From assembly GCA_963768655.1 (NCBI GenBank), contig CAVYIM010000007.1, positions 160,001 through 224,000 on the forward strand: a stretch of DNA of 64,000 bases. The letters run 5' to 3'. Numbering within the stretch: position 1 is the first letter of the stretch; each line of letters starts with the position of its first letter. Shown in pieces: positions 21,941 through 33,255 of this stretch. A program made the position numbers and the translations under genes. Below the pieces are notes generated by a model, which saw nothing but the letters and a program-made list of their open reading frames with translations, was not told the origin of the DNA and ran no database searches. Source of the DNA: an uncultured Chloroflexia bacterium. Lineage in GTDB: Bacteria > Chloroflexota > Limnocylindria > Limnocylindrales > CSP1-4.

Positions 21941-23380
21941 CTACGCCTGTGCGGCCGTCTTGTCCGCGAAACTGGCCGCGAACTCGACGAAGCGGTACAC
22001 GTCGGCGAAGGTCGTGACCAGGCCCAGAGACACGCGAACGGCGCCCGTGCTCTTGTCGTCGATGCAGCGCCGAAATTCATCGAGCGCGAGCCGATCGGCC
22101 ACGCCGACGAAGCACGACGAGAGCTCGTCCGCGGACAGGCCCAGAGCAACTTCGCCGCCGCCGGGGTTGCAGAAGCAGCCGGTGCGGAGCGAGATCCCCG
22201 CCCGATTTGCGCGCTCCTCGACGATCCGGTGGTCGATGAAGTGACCACCGGCGTCGTACACGTTCAGCGCGATCGTCCCGCCGCGGTCGGTGGCGTCGAC
22301 AGGGCCGTAGACGCGCACGATGGGCTTCCCATCGCTGTGGCAGAGCGTCGCCAGCGCGCCCAGCAGCCATTCGGTCAGGGACTGGACCCGCGTATGGATG
22401 AGGTCCAGGCCCAGCCGGTCGATGTGACGCAGGCCGATCTCCACGGCCGGCAGCGAGAGGTAGTCGAGCGTCCCATCTTCGAACGCGGCCGGCCCTTCGG
22501 CCATGAAGTATCGGTCGCCCTGAACCGACGCGACGGTGATCGTTCCCCCCGCGAACCAGGGGCGGTGGAGCTTCCGAAGCGCCGCCTTGCGGGCGATCAG
22601 GACGCCGACGCCGGTCGGGTAACCGAAGATCTTGTAGAACGAGATCGGTACGAAGTCGGGGTGCCAGCGGCTCAGATCCAACCTGTTCGTCGGCACGAAG
22701 GCCGCCGCGTCGAGCAGGACGTCCCAGCCTCGCTCCTGCGCTCGGGCGATCCATTCGAGCGAGTGCTGGACGCCCGAGAAGTTCGACTGGGCCGGGTAGG
22801 CGAGCAGATTCGAAGCCCCGGCAGCGGCCTCGCCGAGGCAGGCGGCCAGGCGTCCCTCGTCGATCCGCATGTCCGGCGGAATGACCGGCGCGTAGGTCAC
22901 GCGCGCGCCCCTCGCGCGGGCGAACTCGCGAATGCCGTTGACCGAGTTATGGTTATCGAAGGTCAGCAGATAGTGCCCGCCCGGCGAGAAGGGGTAGGCC
23001 TCGCCGACCAGGCGCAGAGCGCCGCTGGCGTTCTGCGTGAAGCACGCCACGTATTCGTCGGGTGAAGCATTGAAGTGCTCCAGCACGGATGCGCGGGCGC
23101 GCTCCACCCAGTGCGACATGGCGAGCGACGCCGGGTTGGTCGAGTGCGGGTTGCCGAACACGCCGCTCATCAGCAGCTCCGCATGGGCTCGAACCTGCGA
23201 GTCGGCGTAGACGCCTCCCGCGGTGTAGTCGAGGAAGACGTGGCCGTCGCGGTCCAGGCGCGCGTAGTCGGTCGCCCGCAGCTCATCGAGTGAGTGAGTC
23301 GCGTCGAACTCGGGATGTGCCTGCCGGAAGCTGGTCTGGGCATCGGCGAACGGGACAAGCTGACCGGGCTGGAATGCCAT
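21941..23380 (-). CDS. Class V PLP enzyme (molybdenum cofactor sulfurase / cysteine desulfurase-like)
   Basis: FLDYTA, GNPHS, PAQSNFSG, SFYKIFGYPTG, LRTGCFCNPG. Confidence 0.88.
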   Translation of the reverse strand: MAFQPGQLVPFADAQTSFRQAHPEFDATHSLDELRATDYARLDRDGHVFLDYTAGGVYADSQVRAHAELLMSGVFGNPHSTNPASLAMSHWVERARASVLEHFNASPDEYVACFTQNASGALRLVGEAYPFSPGGHYLLTFDNHNSVNGIREFARARGARVTYAPVIPPDMRIDEGRLAACLGEAAAGASNLLAYPAQSNFSGVQHSLEWIARAQERGWDVLLDAAAFVPTNRLDLSRWHPDFVPISFYKIFGYPTGVGVLIARKAALRKLHRPWFAGGTITVASVQGDRYFMAEGPAAFEDGTLDYLSLPAVEIGLRHIDRLGLDLIHTRVQSLTEWLLGALATLCHSDGKPIVRVYGPVDATDRGGTIALNVYDAGGHFIDHRIVEERANRAGISLRTGCFCNPGGGEVALGLSADELSSCFVGVADRLALDEFRRCIDDKSTGAVRVSLGLVTTFADVYRFVEFAASFADKTAAQA

Positions 23381-23547
23381 GCGGTTCTCCGGAACGTGTG
23401 GACGTGAGCTTGCGGCTGGCGGCAGCGGCAGTCAAACGGTGCGTCGGGCGCACGTGGCACCGCGAATTGGCGACCGGTGGGCCGTGCCGGCGACTGCGAT
23501 GCCGGCTCCGCGCCGGCGTCCAGGCCGGAACTGGCTTCGAGGCGGAG

Positions 23548-25224
23548 CTAGGAGTGCCCCGGGTCGACGAGTGCCACGTAGACGGCCGAGCGGCCCGGGT
23601 ACGCGGCGGCCAGGCGTCCGTCGCCGTAGGCATAGCGCACGATGCCGTCAGGCCCGAAATCGGCTCGCTCACGCAATCCGACCCCGTTGGAGTCGGCGGC
23701 CACATCAGCCGGATACCAGCGCGCCGTCGTGATCCGAGCCGGTGCCATGAATGTCTCGCCGGCGTCGTAGGAGACGGAGTAGTAGGTGCCGACGGTCGCG
23801 CGGAGGCTGGCGCCCTTCGGCACGTCCGTCAGCCCGTGGAAGCCGACGAAGACCGTGCCATCCCGGACAGCGAGCGTCGGCTTGAAGGCGGACTGCGGCA
23901 GCCCGCCAATCTCGGGCAGGGCCGGGAGCGTCCGCCATTCCCAATCGGTGCCGTCGTCGCTGTAGCCGACCTCGATGGTGCCGTGGGCACCGCCGGCGCC
24001 CGCCGCGGCCGTGTAGTTGGAAACGGCGAGCAGTATGCGTCCGCTGGACTGGTCGATGTCGAAGCCCATGTCCCACTTGGGATCGGGGCGCAGGGCGTCC
24101 GTCGTCCCCGGGGCCGGGACACCGTTCACGGTGTAGGTGTTGCGGGCAAGCGTAATCGCCCAGACTGCTGGTTCTGCTGTCAATCTTTTGGCGATGCGGT
24201 CGTAGTGGAGGTGGGCAACAGCGAAGCCGACCCGCCCGACGTTGTCGAGCCCGCCCGAAGCGAAGGGTTCGCGGTCGTTCCACCGGCGCATGTCTTCTTC
24301 GTAGAAGGCAACGTAGGCAGATCCGTCGGGCGCTGTTCGCACCCGATAGTCGATCCTCCAGGCGGCCGGGAATCCGTTCAGGCCCACCCGCGCGACCTGC
24401 GCGATCTGCCAGCTACGGCCGCCGTCTGCCGATGCCAGGACGGCCAGGCCCGGCCCGGCTTGGGCATCCGCCTGCCAGTTGTAGGCAACGTAGACCGTAC
24501 CGAAATTGGGGCTGGCGGCGTTGCAGTCAACCGTGATGTCCGGATAGCCACCGATCCAGGGCGGTGTGCGTCGCTCCACATGCAGCGGCGCCCAGGTCTT
24601 TCCAAAGTCGTCGCTGTAGGACACGCTCACCGAATGCGCGCCGTAATTGCAGTTGGGTACGGTGGTGTCCGCCCACCAGAGACGGGACGACCCGGCAGTG
24701 GGCCCAGGTCCCCAGGCTACGACTCCGTGATAGTTGGGCCCACGCCCCGTCCCCGTCCAGGGGCGCCCGGGGGCGTTCTGCCACGTCCGCCCTCCGTCAT
24801 GTGAGATGCGGATTCCGGTGTCGAGACCGCAGGCGGAGCTTGCCGTCAGGCGCTGATAGACGAGCGCGACCAGATCGGGGTCGAATGGACTGACGGCGAC
24901 GGTCGGCTCCGTCACGGAATCTGACGGGAAGCTAGTGCCCACCGACGAAACTGCGTCTACGTCTGCCAGCACGCGCGGCTTCGGGGCCTGCGTCTGAGTC
25001 GGCAGCGCCGACGGCAACGGAGAACTCGTCTGCAGAGGCGGCGGCGGTTCGGTAGAAAGCGTCGTGGTGGCCGTGGCCCCGGGCTCAGCCGTGGTCTGCG
25101 CGAGCGGCGCCGGCTGTGAGGCGCGGGTCGCCTCGGCCAGGGATCCCGGGTACATGAACAGGACGCCGGCCGCTCCGATGGTGACGACCAGTACCCCGAC
25201 GATTCGTTTCGCCAGACGCCTCAT
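23548..25224 (-). CDS. Secreted/anchored BNR (Asp-box) beta-propeller, sialidase-like
   Basis: N-terminal basic+hydrophobic leader; Asp-boxes SHDGGRTW, SDDFGKTW, SADGGRSW, SDDGTDW, SYDAGETF. Confidence 0.75.
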   Translation of the reverse strand: MRRLAKRIVGVLVVTIGAAGVLFMYPGSLAEATRASQPAPLAQTTAEPGATATTTLSTEPPPPLQTSSPLPSALPTQTQAPKPRVLADVDAVSSVGTSFPSDSVTEPTVAVSPFDPDLVALVYQRLTASSACGLDTGIRISHDGGRTWQNAPGRPWTGTGRGPNYHGVVAWGPGPTAGSSRLWWADTTVPNCNYGAHSVSVSYSDDFGKTWAPLHVERRTPPWIGGYPDITVDCNAASPNFGTVYVAYNWQADAQAGPGLAVLASADGGRSWQIAQVARVGLNGFPAAWRIDYRVRTAPDGSAYVAFYEEDMRRWNDREPFASGGLDNVGRVGFAVAHLHYDRIAKRLTAEPAVWAITLARNTYTVNGVPAPGTTDALRPDPKWDMGFDIDQSSGRILLAVSNYTAAAGAGGAHGTIEVGYSDDGTDWEWRTLPALPEIGGLPQSAFKPTLAVRDGTVFVGFHGLTDVPKGASLRATVGTYYSVSYDAGETFMAPARITTARWYPADVAADSNGVGLRERADFGPDGIVRYAYGDGRLAAAYPGRSAVYVALVDPGHS

Positions 25225-25496
25225 CTCGCCGGCCCTCGTGCGGACCGCGTCCCTGCGGGACGGCCGCGGGACGAGCATAGCGCCCCGCGCTTGCCTGTAT
25301 TCGCCGACGTTCGCGTGCGTTACAGGCCTGATCTATGGGCTAGACGTACCGCCCCCGGCCGTTGTGCCGGCGGCGGGGTAGGGGACCAAGCCCGGCGCGC
25401 CCGCCTCGGCCGCCCGGCTCTCGGCTCTCGGCTCCATCTTCACCCCCGGCGTGCCCCTGGCTCCGGGCAGTCCCACTCCAACCCCGGCTGCCCGCC

Positions 25497-27900
25497 CTAC
25501 GTCGCCCGGTTTTCGATCGTGCTCGGGGTCAAGTAGCGCCTGCGATCCGTAATCTCCAGGGGCGTGCCCGTCAGCTCAAGGTCGGCCGTCAGCTTCAGGT
25601 CGCCTGACGAACTCCCCGCCCAGATCCGGACGTGACCCGGCTCGATCACCTGTCGGAACGCTCGATCGAGCAAGCCGAGCTGCTCGCTGGCGAGCCGGAA
25701 GGCGACCGTGCATGCGTCGCCGGGACCCAGCCTGACTCGCTTGAAGCCGCGCAGCTCCTCGATCGGCCTCGTCACGCTCGCCTCCAGGTCGTGAACATAG
25801 AGCTGCACGACCTCGTCGCCTGAACGTTCGCCGACGTTGCGGATGTCGACCCGAACCGTCGTCTCTCCGGCCAGGGTAGGAATGCAGGCTGGGTCGAGCC
25901 GCAGATTCGAGAGCTCGAACCGGGTGTAGGACCGACCGAACCCGAACGGCCAGAGTGGCGTGGCCGGCCCGTCCACGTAGTCGCCGTGCCAGTGGGACAT
26001 GCCACCAGACGCTTTGTGGCGGTAGCAGACCGGCACCTGGCCGACGTGGCGGGGCACGGTGAAGGGAAGCTTGCCGCCTGGATTCTGGTCGCCGAAGAGG
26101 GCACCGACGATGGCTTCCGCGCCCTCGTCACCCGGAGCCCACGCCAGCAGGATGGCCCGGCAGCTTCGGGCCGCCGATTTCGAGCGCCAGCGGTCGACCG
26201 CTCATGACGACCAGCACGACTGGCGTACCGGTCGCGGCGACCGCGTCCAGCAACTCCTGCTGGCGGCCCGGCAGGCCGATGTCGAGCCGGTCGCGCGATT
26301 CGCCGGTCGTGCACGGCATCGAGAAGCCGGATCGTTCGCCCAGGACAAGGACGGCGACTTCGGCACACCGGGCGAGCTCCACGGCCGCCTCGATCTGCGC
26401 CGGCGTGCCGTCGGTCAGGCCACAGCCCTTCTCACAACGGACGTCGGCACCTGGCAATCGATCCCGCAGTGCGTCGAAGACCGTGCGCCGGCTCGCCAGC
26501 TCATCGGTCAGGAGGTTCTCGCCCCGTTCTATGTACTGCCGCCCGAGTGGTTCATCGGCCGCCTCCAGGAGAATCTCGAGTGTCGCCACGTAGCTGTAGT
26601 CGCCGAGCAGCTCGCGGCTGCTGTCGGCCAGGGGACCGATGACTGCGACCGACCGGACGCCGGCCGGCAGCGGCAACAAGTCGCGATTCTCGACGAGCAC
26701 AAGCGAGCGGCCGGCGAGTTCGCGACCCAGCCGACGCTCGTCCTCCGTCGGCCGGAGAAACGCCGAGGACGCCTGCTCATCTACATAGGGATCCTCGAAC
26801 AGCCCGAGTCGGAACTTGGTCGACAGCGTTCGAGCCACTGCTCGATCCAGCAGCGACTCGGGCACGGCCCCGCCGTCCAGCCGCGCGGCCAGAGGCTCAG
26901 CGTATGCCGCGGGCGCCGGGGTCTCGACGTCGACCCCGGCGCGAAGGGCGAGTTCGGCTGCGACGCCAAGGTCCGCCGTCATCCGGTGCTGGGTGACCAG
27001 TTGCTCGATGCCCTCGAAGTCGGCTACGACCGCGCCATCGAAGCCCCATTCGTTGCGGAGGATGCGCGACAGCAGTTCCTCGGACGCGACGCACGGGACG
27101 CCGTCGAGGTCGGTATAGGCGTGCATCACGCTCGCCATGTCCGCCTCCCGCACGGCGGCCTCGAAGGGCAGGAGGAACTCCTCGCGGATCTCTCGCGGCC
27201 CGAGGTGAGCCGGAGCCTGGTTGAGTCCGCCTTCGGGGACCCCATGACCGACCATGTGCTTGCCTGTGGCGACCACCCCGTCTCTCAGATCGCCTCGATC
27301 GACTCCCTGGAGGCCTCGCACGTAGGCACATCCCATCGCCGAGGCGAGATAGGGGTCTTCGCCGAAGGTCTCCTCGATCCGGCCCCAACGCGGGTCGCGA
27401 GCCAGGTCGAGGACCGGCGCCAGTGCCTGCCGCAGCCCGAGTGCCCTCATGCGGCGGCGAATCGAATCGGCGATGGACTGGAGCAGCTCCGGGTCCCACG
27501 CGGCGGCCGCGCCGATGGACTGCTGGAAGCAGGGCCCCGAACGGGCCATCAGGCCGTGAAGCGACTCCTCGTGCAGGATGGCGGGAATGCCCAGGCGCGT
27601 CTCTTCGACCAGGAACCTCTGGATCGCGTTGCCGGCTCGCGCTACGTCGCGGGCGTCCAGGGTTGATGCGCCGGCCAGGCGGGTGATCTGGCCGACTCCG
27701 TACTGGAGCCGCGTGCGGGCGGCGGGCCCGGCGAGTTGGGCGCCATGGAGAACGTCTGCCGCCCAAACCGACACGACCTGCGCCAGCTTTTCCCGACGGG
27801 TCATTCGGCCCAGGAGATCAGCGGTACGGACCTCGATCGGCAGATCGGGATCGCGATACGGCGTGTTCGCCAGTTGTCCGCCGGGAGCGACAGTGCTCAC
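25497..27900 (-). CDS. GH3 beta-glucosidase/xylosidase, split by one extra base at ~26178 (probable sequencing error)
   Basis: RLGIP, RDPRWGRIEETFGEDP, C-terminal Fn3-like GDEVVQLY; removing one A restores LALESAARSCRAILLAWAPG. Confidence 0.9.
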
Positions 27901-28050
27901 TCCGATGGGCTCCTTCGAACTTGGAATGACCCGCTCGAGATGCCAGGATCGGCAAGGTGGGGCGATGATATCCTCACGGGCCGTCGCGGCGGAGCCCGTG
28001 TCTGGGCTCGGCCGGCGGTGGGGCCCGCCCGGCGCGACCAGCGCGCCCCT

Positions 28051-28740
28051 CTACCGATAGTCCTGGGCGCTGAACCACCTGCCGCAGCTGCCATCCTCCA
28101 GGAGCACCGGCACGAGGGCTCCGGGAAGCACCGTCTCCACGGCGTTGGGGGCTTGAGGCCCACCCAGATCCGTTCGCAGCCAGCCCGGATCGAGCAGGTT
28201 CATGGTCACGCCGGTTCCGTGCAGGTGGGGCGCCATGTCGTAGACGTATTTGTCGAGCGCAGCCTTCGACGCGGCGTAGGCCATCAGCTGGGGCTGATCC
28301 TTGATCCCCGAGGTCACGTTCACCACCCGACCGAACTTGCGCGCGATCATGCCCGGCAACAGGAGGTTGCACAGCGTGATGGGTGCAAGGGTGTTGACCT
28401 GAAAGCAGAGCCGGTACTCGTCCGGCTCGGCGGCGAACATGTCTTCGTGCCAGGCTGACTGGACGGCCGCGTCGTTGTAGAGGATGTCGATGCCGCCGGA
28501 GATGCGAAGGGCTTCCTCGGCCAGGGCGATCACCTGCGCCTGGTCCGACAGCTCGGCCTGCAGCCCGTGCACGGTCAGGCCGCGCGCTCGAAACTCGGCC
28601 ACCAGCGCGGCGGTGTGCTCGCGTTTGCGACTCTGGAGGAGGAGACGGCAGCCCTCGTCGGCCAGCGCCCCGGCCACCTGCCTGCCGATGCCACGGCTGG
28701 CACCGGTGAGCAGCACCCATTTGCCTGAAATGTCCAGCAT
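28051..28740 (-). CDS. Short-chain dehydrogenase/reductase
   Basis: TGASRGIG; YAASK. Confidence 0.93.
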   Translation of the reverse strand: MLDISGKWVLLTGASRGIGRQVAGALADEGCRLLLQSRKREHTAALVAEFRARGLTVHGLQAELSDQAQVIALAEEALRISGGIDILYNDAAVQSAWHEDMFAAEPDEYRLCFQVNTLAPITLCNLLLPGMIARKFGRVVNVTSGIKDQPQLMAYAASKAALDKYVYDMAPHLHGTGVTMNLLDPGWLRTDLGGPQAPNAVETVLPGALVPVLLEDGSCGRWFSAQDYR

Positions 28741-28931
28741 GCGAACCTCCCTGGCCAGGCCATCTGCGGCCCACGCGATGATGACACGGCCGGCGTGCGC
28801 GAAGAGCCATCGCCGGAAGCGGTCAGGGTCGCAGTGGCGAACGCGCGGCGATGTGACACCATGCGCACGGCGGACCCAGACCCCGTCAGTCTCGAAGTAC
28901 CGCCAGAGATACCCGCTCGCGGAGAGGTTCG

Positions 28932-29894
28932 ATGTTCGCCCACATTCCGACGCCTCTGGAGCCGGCCGATCGCCTCGGGGCGGCGCTCGGCCTCGAGCCG
29001 GGCCGCCTCTGGGTCAAGCGAGACGACTGCACGGGCCTGGCTACCGGTGGGAACAAGGCGCGCAAGCTCGAGCTCCTCGTCGCCGACGCCCTCGCCGGCG
29101 GCGCCGACGTGCTGGTGACCGCCGGCGGGCCTCAGAGCAACCATGCTCGTCAGACGGCGGCCGCCGCAGCCCGCATCGGAATAGGATGCGTCCTGGCGTT
29201 CAACAGCGATCGACCGAGCGGGACGGAATCCAACCAGCTCCTTGACGTGATCTTCGGTGCCGAGCGCCGCTTCCTTGGGCCGATCGCGATGGACGATCTC
29301 AATGCCGCCGTCGAGCGCATCGCCGGCGAGCTCCGCGCCGCGGGCCGCAGACCCTACACGATCCCGATCGGTGGCTCGTCGCCGCTTGGCGCCAGCGCGT
29401 ATGTCACGGCCGCCGACGAGATACTGGCCGACCTCCGTCACGACGATGCGCTCGTGGTCACCGCGATGGGCTCCGGCGGCACTCAGTCAGGCCTGGCGGC
29501 GCGGCTGGGCCACGAGCGTGTCATCGGGATCGACGTGGGCGCCGTGGCGGACCCCATCGGGACCGTTCGCCGCCTGACCATCGAGGTGGCCGCCTTGCGC
29601 GGCCTTCCTGCGCCCACCGGCGAGCCCCGGATTGCCGGGGACCAGGTCGGCGATGGCTACGGCGCCGCCACAGGGGCGTGCCTCAGCGCGATCCGCCTGG
29701 CCGCTCGCACGGAAGGCCTCGTCCTCGATCCCGTCTATTCGGGCAAGGCGATGGCCGGCTTGATGGCTCTGCCTCGGTCGGAGTTGCAGGCCAGGGCGGT
29801 CGTCTTCCTGGCCACCGGCGGCGTTCCCGCTCTCTTCGAGTCCCGCTATGAGGACTGGCTGTCCGGACCCGAACAGCGCACTTCGGGCGACTGA
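28932..29894 (+). CDS. D-cysteine desulfhydrase / ACC deaminase family PLP enzyme
   Basis: VKRDD, GGNKARKL, QSNHAR, LDPVYSGKA. Confidence 0.9.
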   Translation: MFAHIPTPLEPADRLGAALGLEPGRLWVKRDDCTGLATGGNKARKLELLVADALAGGADVLVTAGGPQSNHARQTAAAAARIGIGCVLAFNSDRPSGTESNQLLDVIFGAERRFLGPIAMDDLNAAVERIAGELRAAGRRPYTIPIGGSSPLGASAYVTAADEILADLRHDDALVVTAMGSGGTQSGLAARLGHERVIGIDVGAVADPIGTVRRLTIEVAALRGLPAPTGEPRIAGDQVGDGYGAATGACLSAIRLAARTEGLVLDPVYSGKAMAGLMALPRSELQARAVVFLATGGVPALFESRYEDWLSGPEQRTSGD

Positions 29895-30001
29895 TCGAGT
29901 CCATCCCCGCGCCCGTCGGTGTCGACGCGACAGGCGTCGACGATGAGCGCAGAATGGCATCCGCATCGGCGGAGTTGCCGGGCATCCCAGACGAGGGCCA
30001 G

Positions 30002-30259
30002 ATGACGAAAAGGTCTAGACACGAACGCGAACAGCGAGCGGCGGAGAATGTGCGCGTCAAGCAGATCACTGCCGACTGGGAGCGCGCCGTTCCGGCTGAG
30101 CGCGCAGCGTCCTTCGCGGCCCAGGTAGAGGCGGCCCGCGCCCGAGGACCGTTGCCCCCTCAGCCGGACATGGCCCCCGGAACGGCTCCGAATCCGCCTC
30201 GCCCCGGCAACGAACCGCGCCCGCCGAAGAAGGAAGAGACGCGCCGCACGCGGTACTAG
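30002..30259 (+). CDS. Small hypothetical protein
   Basis: GAGGG RBS, 85-aa ORF filling the gap. Confidence 0.55.
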   Translation: MTKRSRHEREQRAAENVRVKQITADWERAVPAERAASFAAQVEAARARGPLPPQPDMAPGTAPNPPRPGNEPRPPKKEETRRTRY

Positions 30260-30265
30260 GCGGCG

Positions 30266-30682
30266 TCAGGGCAGCCGCGCGTCTGTCGCCTCGTCCGCCA
30301 GGCCGCCGTAGAACCGGCCCAGAACCTGCGCGAACACAGGTTCATTGGGCGCGGCGCGGTGGAACAGCGTCATGCACGAGCGGAGCTTCATCGCGTCGAT
30401 CGACCCGAAGATCTGCTCCGCGGTGCGTCCCTCTGTCTCCAGGACGATCCCGGCGCACTCGCGCAGGCGAGCACCAAGCAGCGGGTGGGCGAGATACTCG
30501 CGCGCCTCATCCAGCGAGCCAATGGCGAAGCGCTGGGACATGTAGCTGTACCCGAGGCCGGCGATCTGAGGGAAGATGAACCACATCCAGTGGCCGGTCT
30601 TGCGCCCGCGCCGCAGCTCTTCGAGCACGCCGGCGTAGACGTCCTGCTGCTCCACGAGGAACCGGTCGAGGTCGTATGGCAT
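30266..30682 (-). CDS. DUF1810 family protein
   Basis: DLDRF...GRKTGHWMWFIFPQIAGLG...DAMKLRSCMTLF. Confidence 0.9.
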   Translation of the reverse strand: MPYDLDRFLVEQQDVYAGVLEELRRGRKTGHWMWFIFPQIAGLGYSYMSQRFAIGSLDEAREYLAHPLLGARLRECAGIVLETEGRTAEQIFGSIDAMKLRSCMTLFHRAAPNEPVFAQVLGRFYGGLADEATDARLP

Positions 30683-30845
30683 GGGGCCATTGTGGCGAGG
30701 ATTCGCCCGCGCGGTGGGGCATGGGACAGCAGGCAGGCCGAACACCAGAACAAGGCCGCGCCTCGACGACGGCCCCGTTGTGCGCGGCCAACGGCTTCCG
30801 CGGGCGAGCCTTACGGAACCGGTCCGGTCGACCGAAGGCTCAAGA

Positions 30846-31214
30846 ATGGACGGCATCCTCGCGATCGGCTCGTCTCTGCCTTCGCTGCCTTCGCTGCAGG
30901 CGCGGTCGCTCGCGAACCGCGACTCGGAGCCGGCTTCCTGCGACCCGGGCGTCTCGCCGGCGGAGCCGGACCCGATGCCGGCGCTGGGCGCCGTGGAAAG
31001 CAGCGGTCCGGCCGCCGAACAGCAGCGGATGCTGCAGTTCATCAGTCACGTCGACGCCAATTGCTTCATCTCCCTGCTCCAGATGCAGGATCCGATGCCG
31101 GATGACCCTCGGGCCCGGGCCGAGTACAAACGCTTCTACCGGGAGCTTCACGAAACCCTCGAAGTCCCGTTGCCGCCTCAAGACCCCCAGCCGGTCCGCC
31201 TGCCGACTGAGTGA
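30846..31214 (+). CDS. Hypothetical protein
   Basis: 122-aa ORF in otherwise empty gap; no family recognised. Confidence 0.45.
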   Translation: MDGILAIGSSLPSLPSLQARSLANRDSEPASCDPGVSPAEPDPMPALGAVESSGPAAEQQRMLQFISHVDANCFISLLQMQDPMPDDPRARAEYKRFYRELHETLEVPLPPQDPQPVRLPTE

Positions 31215-31452
31215 GGTCGCAGGGGTCGATGGAAGCGTTGGCCTTCGGCCCGATTGATGGCAGGGCGCCGGCGCCCGGTCTGCCTCCGCGCGAACCTTCT
31301 GGCGAAGCGGACCCGTCGGATCGATAGTGCCGGGACGGCAGGAGTCGCGCTCACTTCGCCTCTGGCCAGCGTGGGCGCCTCGTAACCGGGTCTGCGTCTA
31401 CCCCTGACTCCTGGCTCGGCCAGTAGGGCTACGCCGCGCGAGCGCGCCGGCG

Positions 31453-32268
31453 TCAGGGAAGGATGTTCGCCAGGCAGGTCGGGCCGCCGTCGGCGAGCGC
31501 GAACTCGTCCAGCTCTAGCTCGTGAACTGCCATCCCAGTTTCACGCAGGAGCCGGGCTCCGGTCGGGCTTCCCAAGCCCAGGAACGCGTGCCCCCCGAGC
31601 GCGAGGACGTTGGCCCCCAGCAGTTCGTCGTCGGGCAGCAGCAGGCGGCGGACCTCGCCCGCGGGTGCGGCGTCAGGGCCGGCCGCGTCGAGCGAGGCGA
31701 AGCCGGCGGCCGTGCCGATGAGCGTGTCCGGCGTTACGGCGGTGACGGCCGTGGCGAGGTGAAGGCGATCCGCCACGGGGCAGAGGAGCGGCCGGTATCC
31801 GAGGGATCGAGCGGCGTCGGCGAGGACCCGCGCGCCCAGGACGTTGGTCCGGCCGCTGAGGCCGATCGCAATGCGGTCGCCATAGACGACCACGTCGCCG
31901 CCCTCGAGCGTCCCGGGATCCTGCACTCGCACGACCTGCGTGTCCGCCGTCAGGTGCGCGAGGGCGGACCGGAGCACGGAATCGACCTCGAGGCGCCGGG
32001 ATGCGACAGCAGGCCGCGCCACCACCACTACCGGCGATCGATCGGGCAGGATTGGCACGAGCGCGACGAGCGAATCCGAGACGAACGCGGCGTCGGGGAG
32101 GTCCGGCTCCTCAGGAAGGCGCAGCAGCGGCAGGCCGGCGTCCTCGAGCGCCGCGCAGAACGCGGCGTGCTGCGCTCGCGCCCGTGAAACGTCGATCGAG
32201 TGATGGGCCGGGTGCGTCGAGAGCGCGTCGCGGAAGGCGGCATCTGGGGGCCGAACGATGACAAGCAT
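31453..32268 (-). CDS. Dimethylarginine dimethylaminohydrolase / amidinotransferase family
   Basis: PDAAFVSD, LEGGDV, GLSGRTN, HL, C-terminal DGGPTCL. Confidence 0.85.
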   Translation of the reverse strand: MLVIVRPPDAAFRDALSTHPAHHSIDVSRARAQHAAFCAALEDAGLPLLRLPEEPDLPDAAFVSDSLVALVPILPDRSPVVVVARPAVASRRLEVDSVLRSALAHLTADTQVVRVQDPGTLEGGDVVVYGDRIAIGLSGRTNVLGARVLADAARSLGYRPLLCPVADRLHLATAVTAVTPDTLIGTAAGFASLDAAGPDAAPAGEVRRLLLPDDELLGANVLALGGHAFLGLGSPTGARLLRETGMAVHELELDEFALADGGPTCLANILP

Positions 32269-32418
32269 CTGCGAAGGGTAGCGGGTTGCGGGCCTGGAGG
32301 ACGAACAGAAGCGGCGCCGCTCCGGTCGGCCTGGAGGCGCTCGACCGGCCCGACAATGGCCGCTAGAGCTAGCCGGGGCCCCTTGCCTGCCACAGCCAAC
32401 AGGGGTAGGCCTGCAAAG

Positions 32419-32515
32419 GTGCATCGCCTCTGATTCCTCCGACAGATCGCACGTGCGGCTGCCGAGAGGGGAGTCGAGTGGGAGTTGGTTCGGTGAAGGT
32501 TGGTGACGGCAATGA
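32419..32515 (+). pseudogene. Remnant of HicA-like toxin gene
   Basis: LRQIARAAAERGVEWELVR in one frame, FGEGW*RQ* in another; last stop overlaps hicB ATG (ATGA). Confidence 0.5.
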
Positions 32516-33035
32516 AGACCCAATATCACGTGACGGCGACAAGGGTCGGTCGATGGTGGGCGATCGAGGTTCCCGAGCTGCCTGGCGTGCATTCGCAGTC
32601 GCGCCGACTGGACCAGGTCGAGTCGATAGCCAGGGAGGCGATTGCTTTGTTCCTTGCAGTGGGGGAGGACGCCTTCGACGTCACGGTCGAACCCGACCTG
32701 GAGTCGCTCGGCCCGCTGAAGGACTCGATAGAGGAGGCGCTTGCAGCCCGAGATGCGGCCGAAGTGCTCAGTCGAAGGCTTCCGCCGCCATCCGACATGC
32801 CGTGCGAGAGATCCGGGACTCCGGCTATACGTCACGCGACACGGGGATGCTTCTAGGCATGAGCAACCAGCGCGTGAGCCAACTCGAGAGCGCCGCTGAG
32901 CGCACCATCGACGCCGACACCCGCGACGTCATCGAAAAGTCCGACTTCGACGATTGGGGTGGCGGTCAACAACCTGCCGCCGTAGGCGTCCGAAAGGCCA
33001 CTGGCGCCGGGACCTCACGGAGCGTAGGTTCCTGA
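32512..33035 (+). pseudogene. HicB-like antitoxin with C-terminal HTH, frameshifted at ~32763
   Basis: RVGRWWAIEVPELPGVHSQSRRLDQVESIAREAIA; continues in another frame as GYTSRDTGMLLGMSNQRVSQL. Confidence 0.7.
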
Positions 33036-33255
33036 ACGCTGGCCACCTTCCTTCACCACGCTGACCAGTTGGTCCAGGTATGTATGCGTACAATCGAGGC
33101 TGGCGTGCCATGAGCCGAAGAGTGGACTGTAGGAGCCAGGCAACGGTCATAGCCCAGCGGGGCTGGGTGCAGCACAAGCTGCTCCGGGTCCTGGCGGCTG
33201 GGGTCGGCTGTGACGGTTGGCGGTGACCATCGTGGCCGCCCACAGGGAGTCGTCG

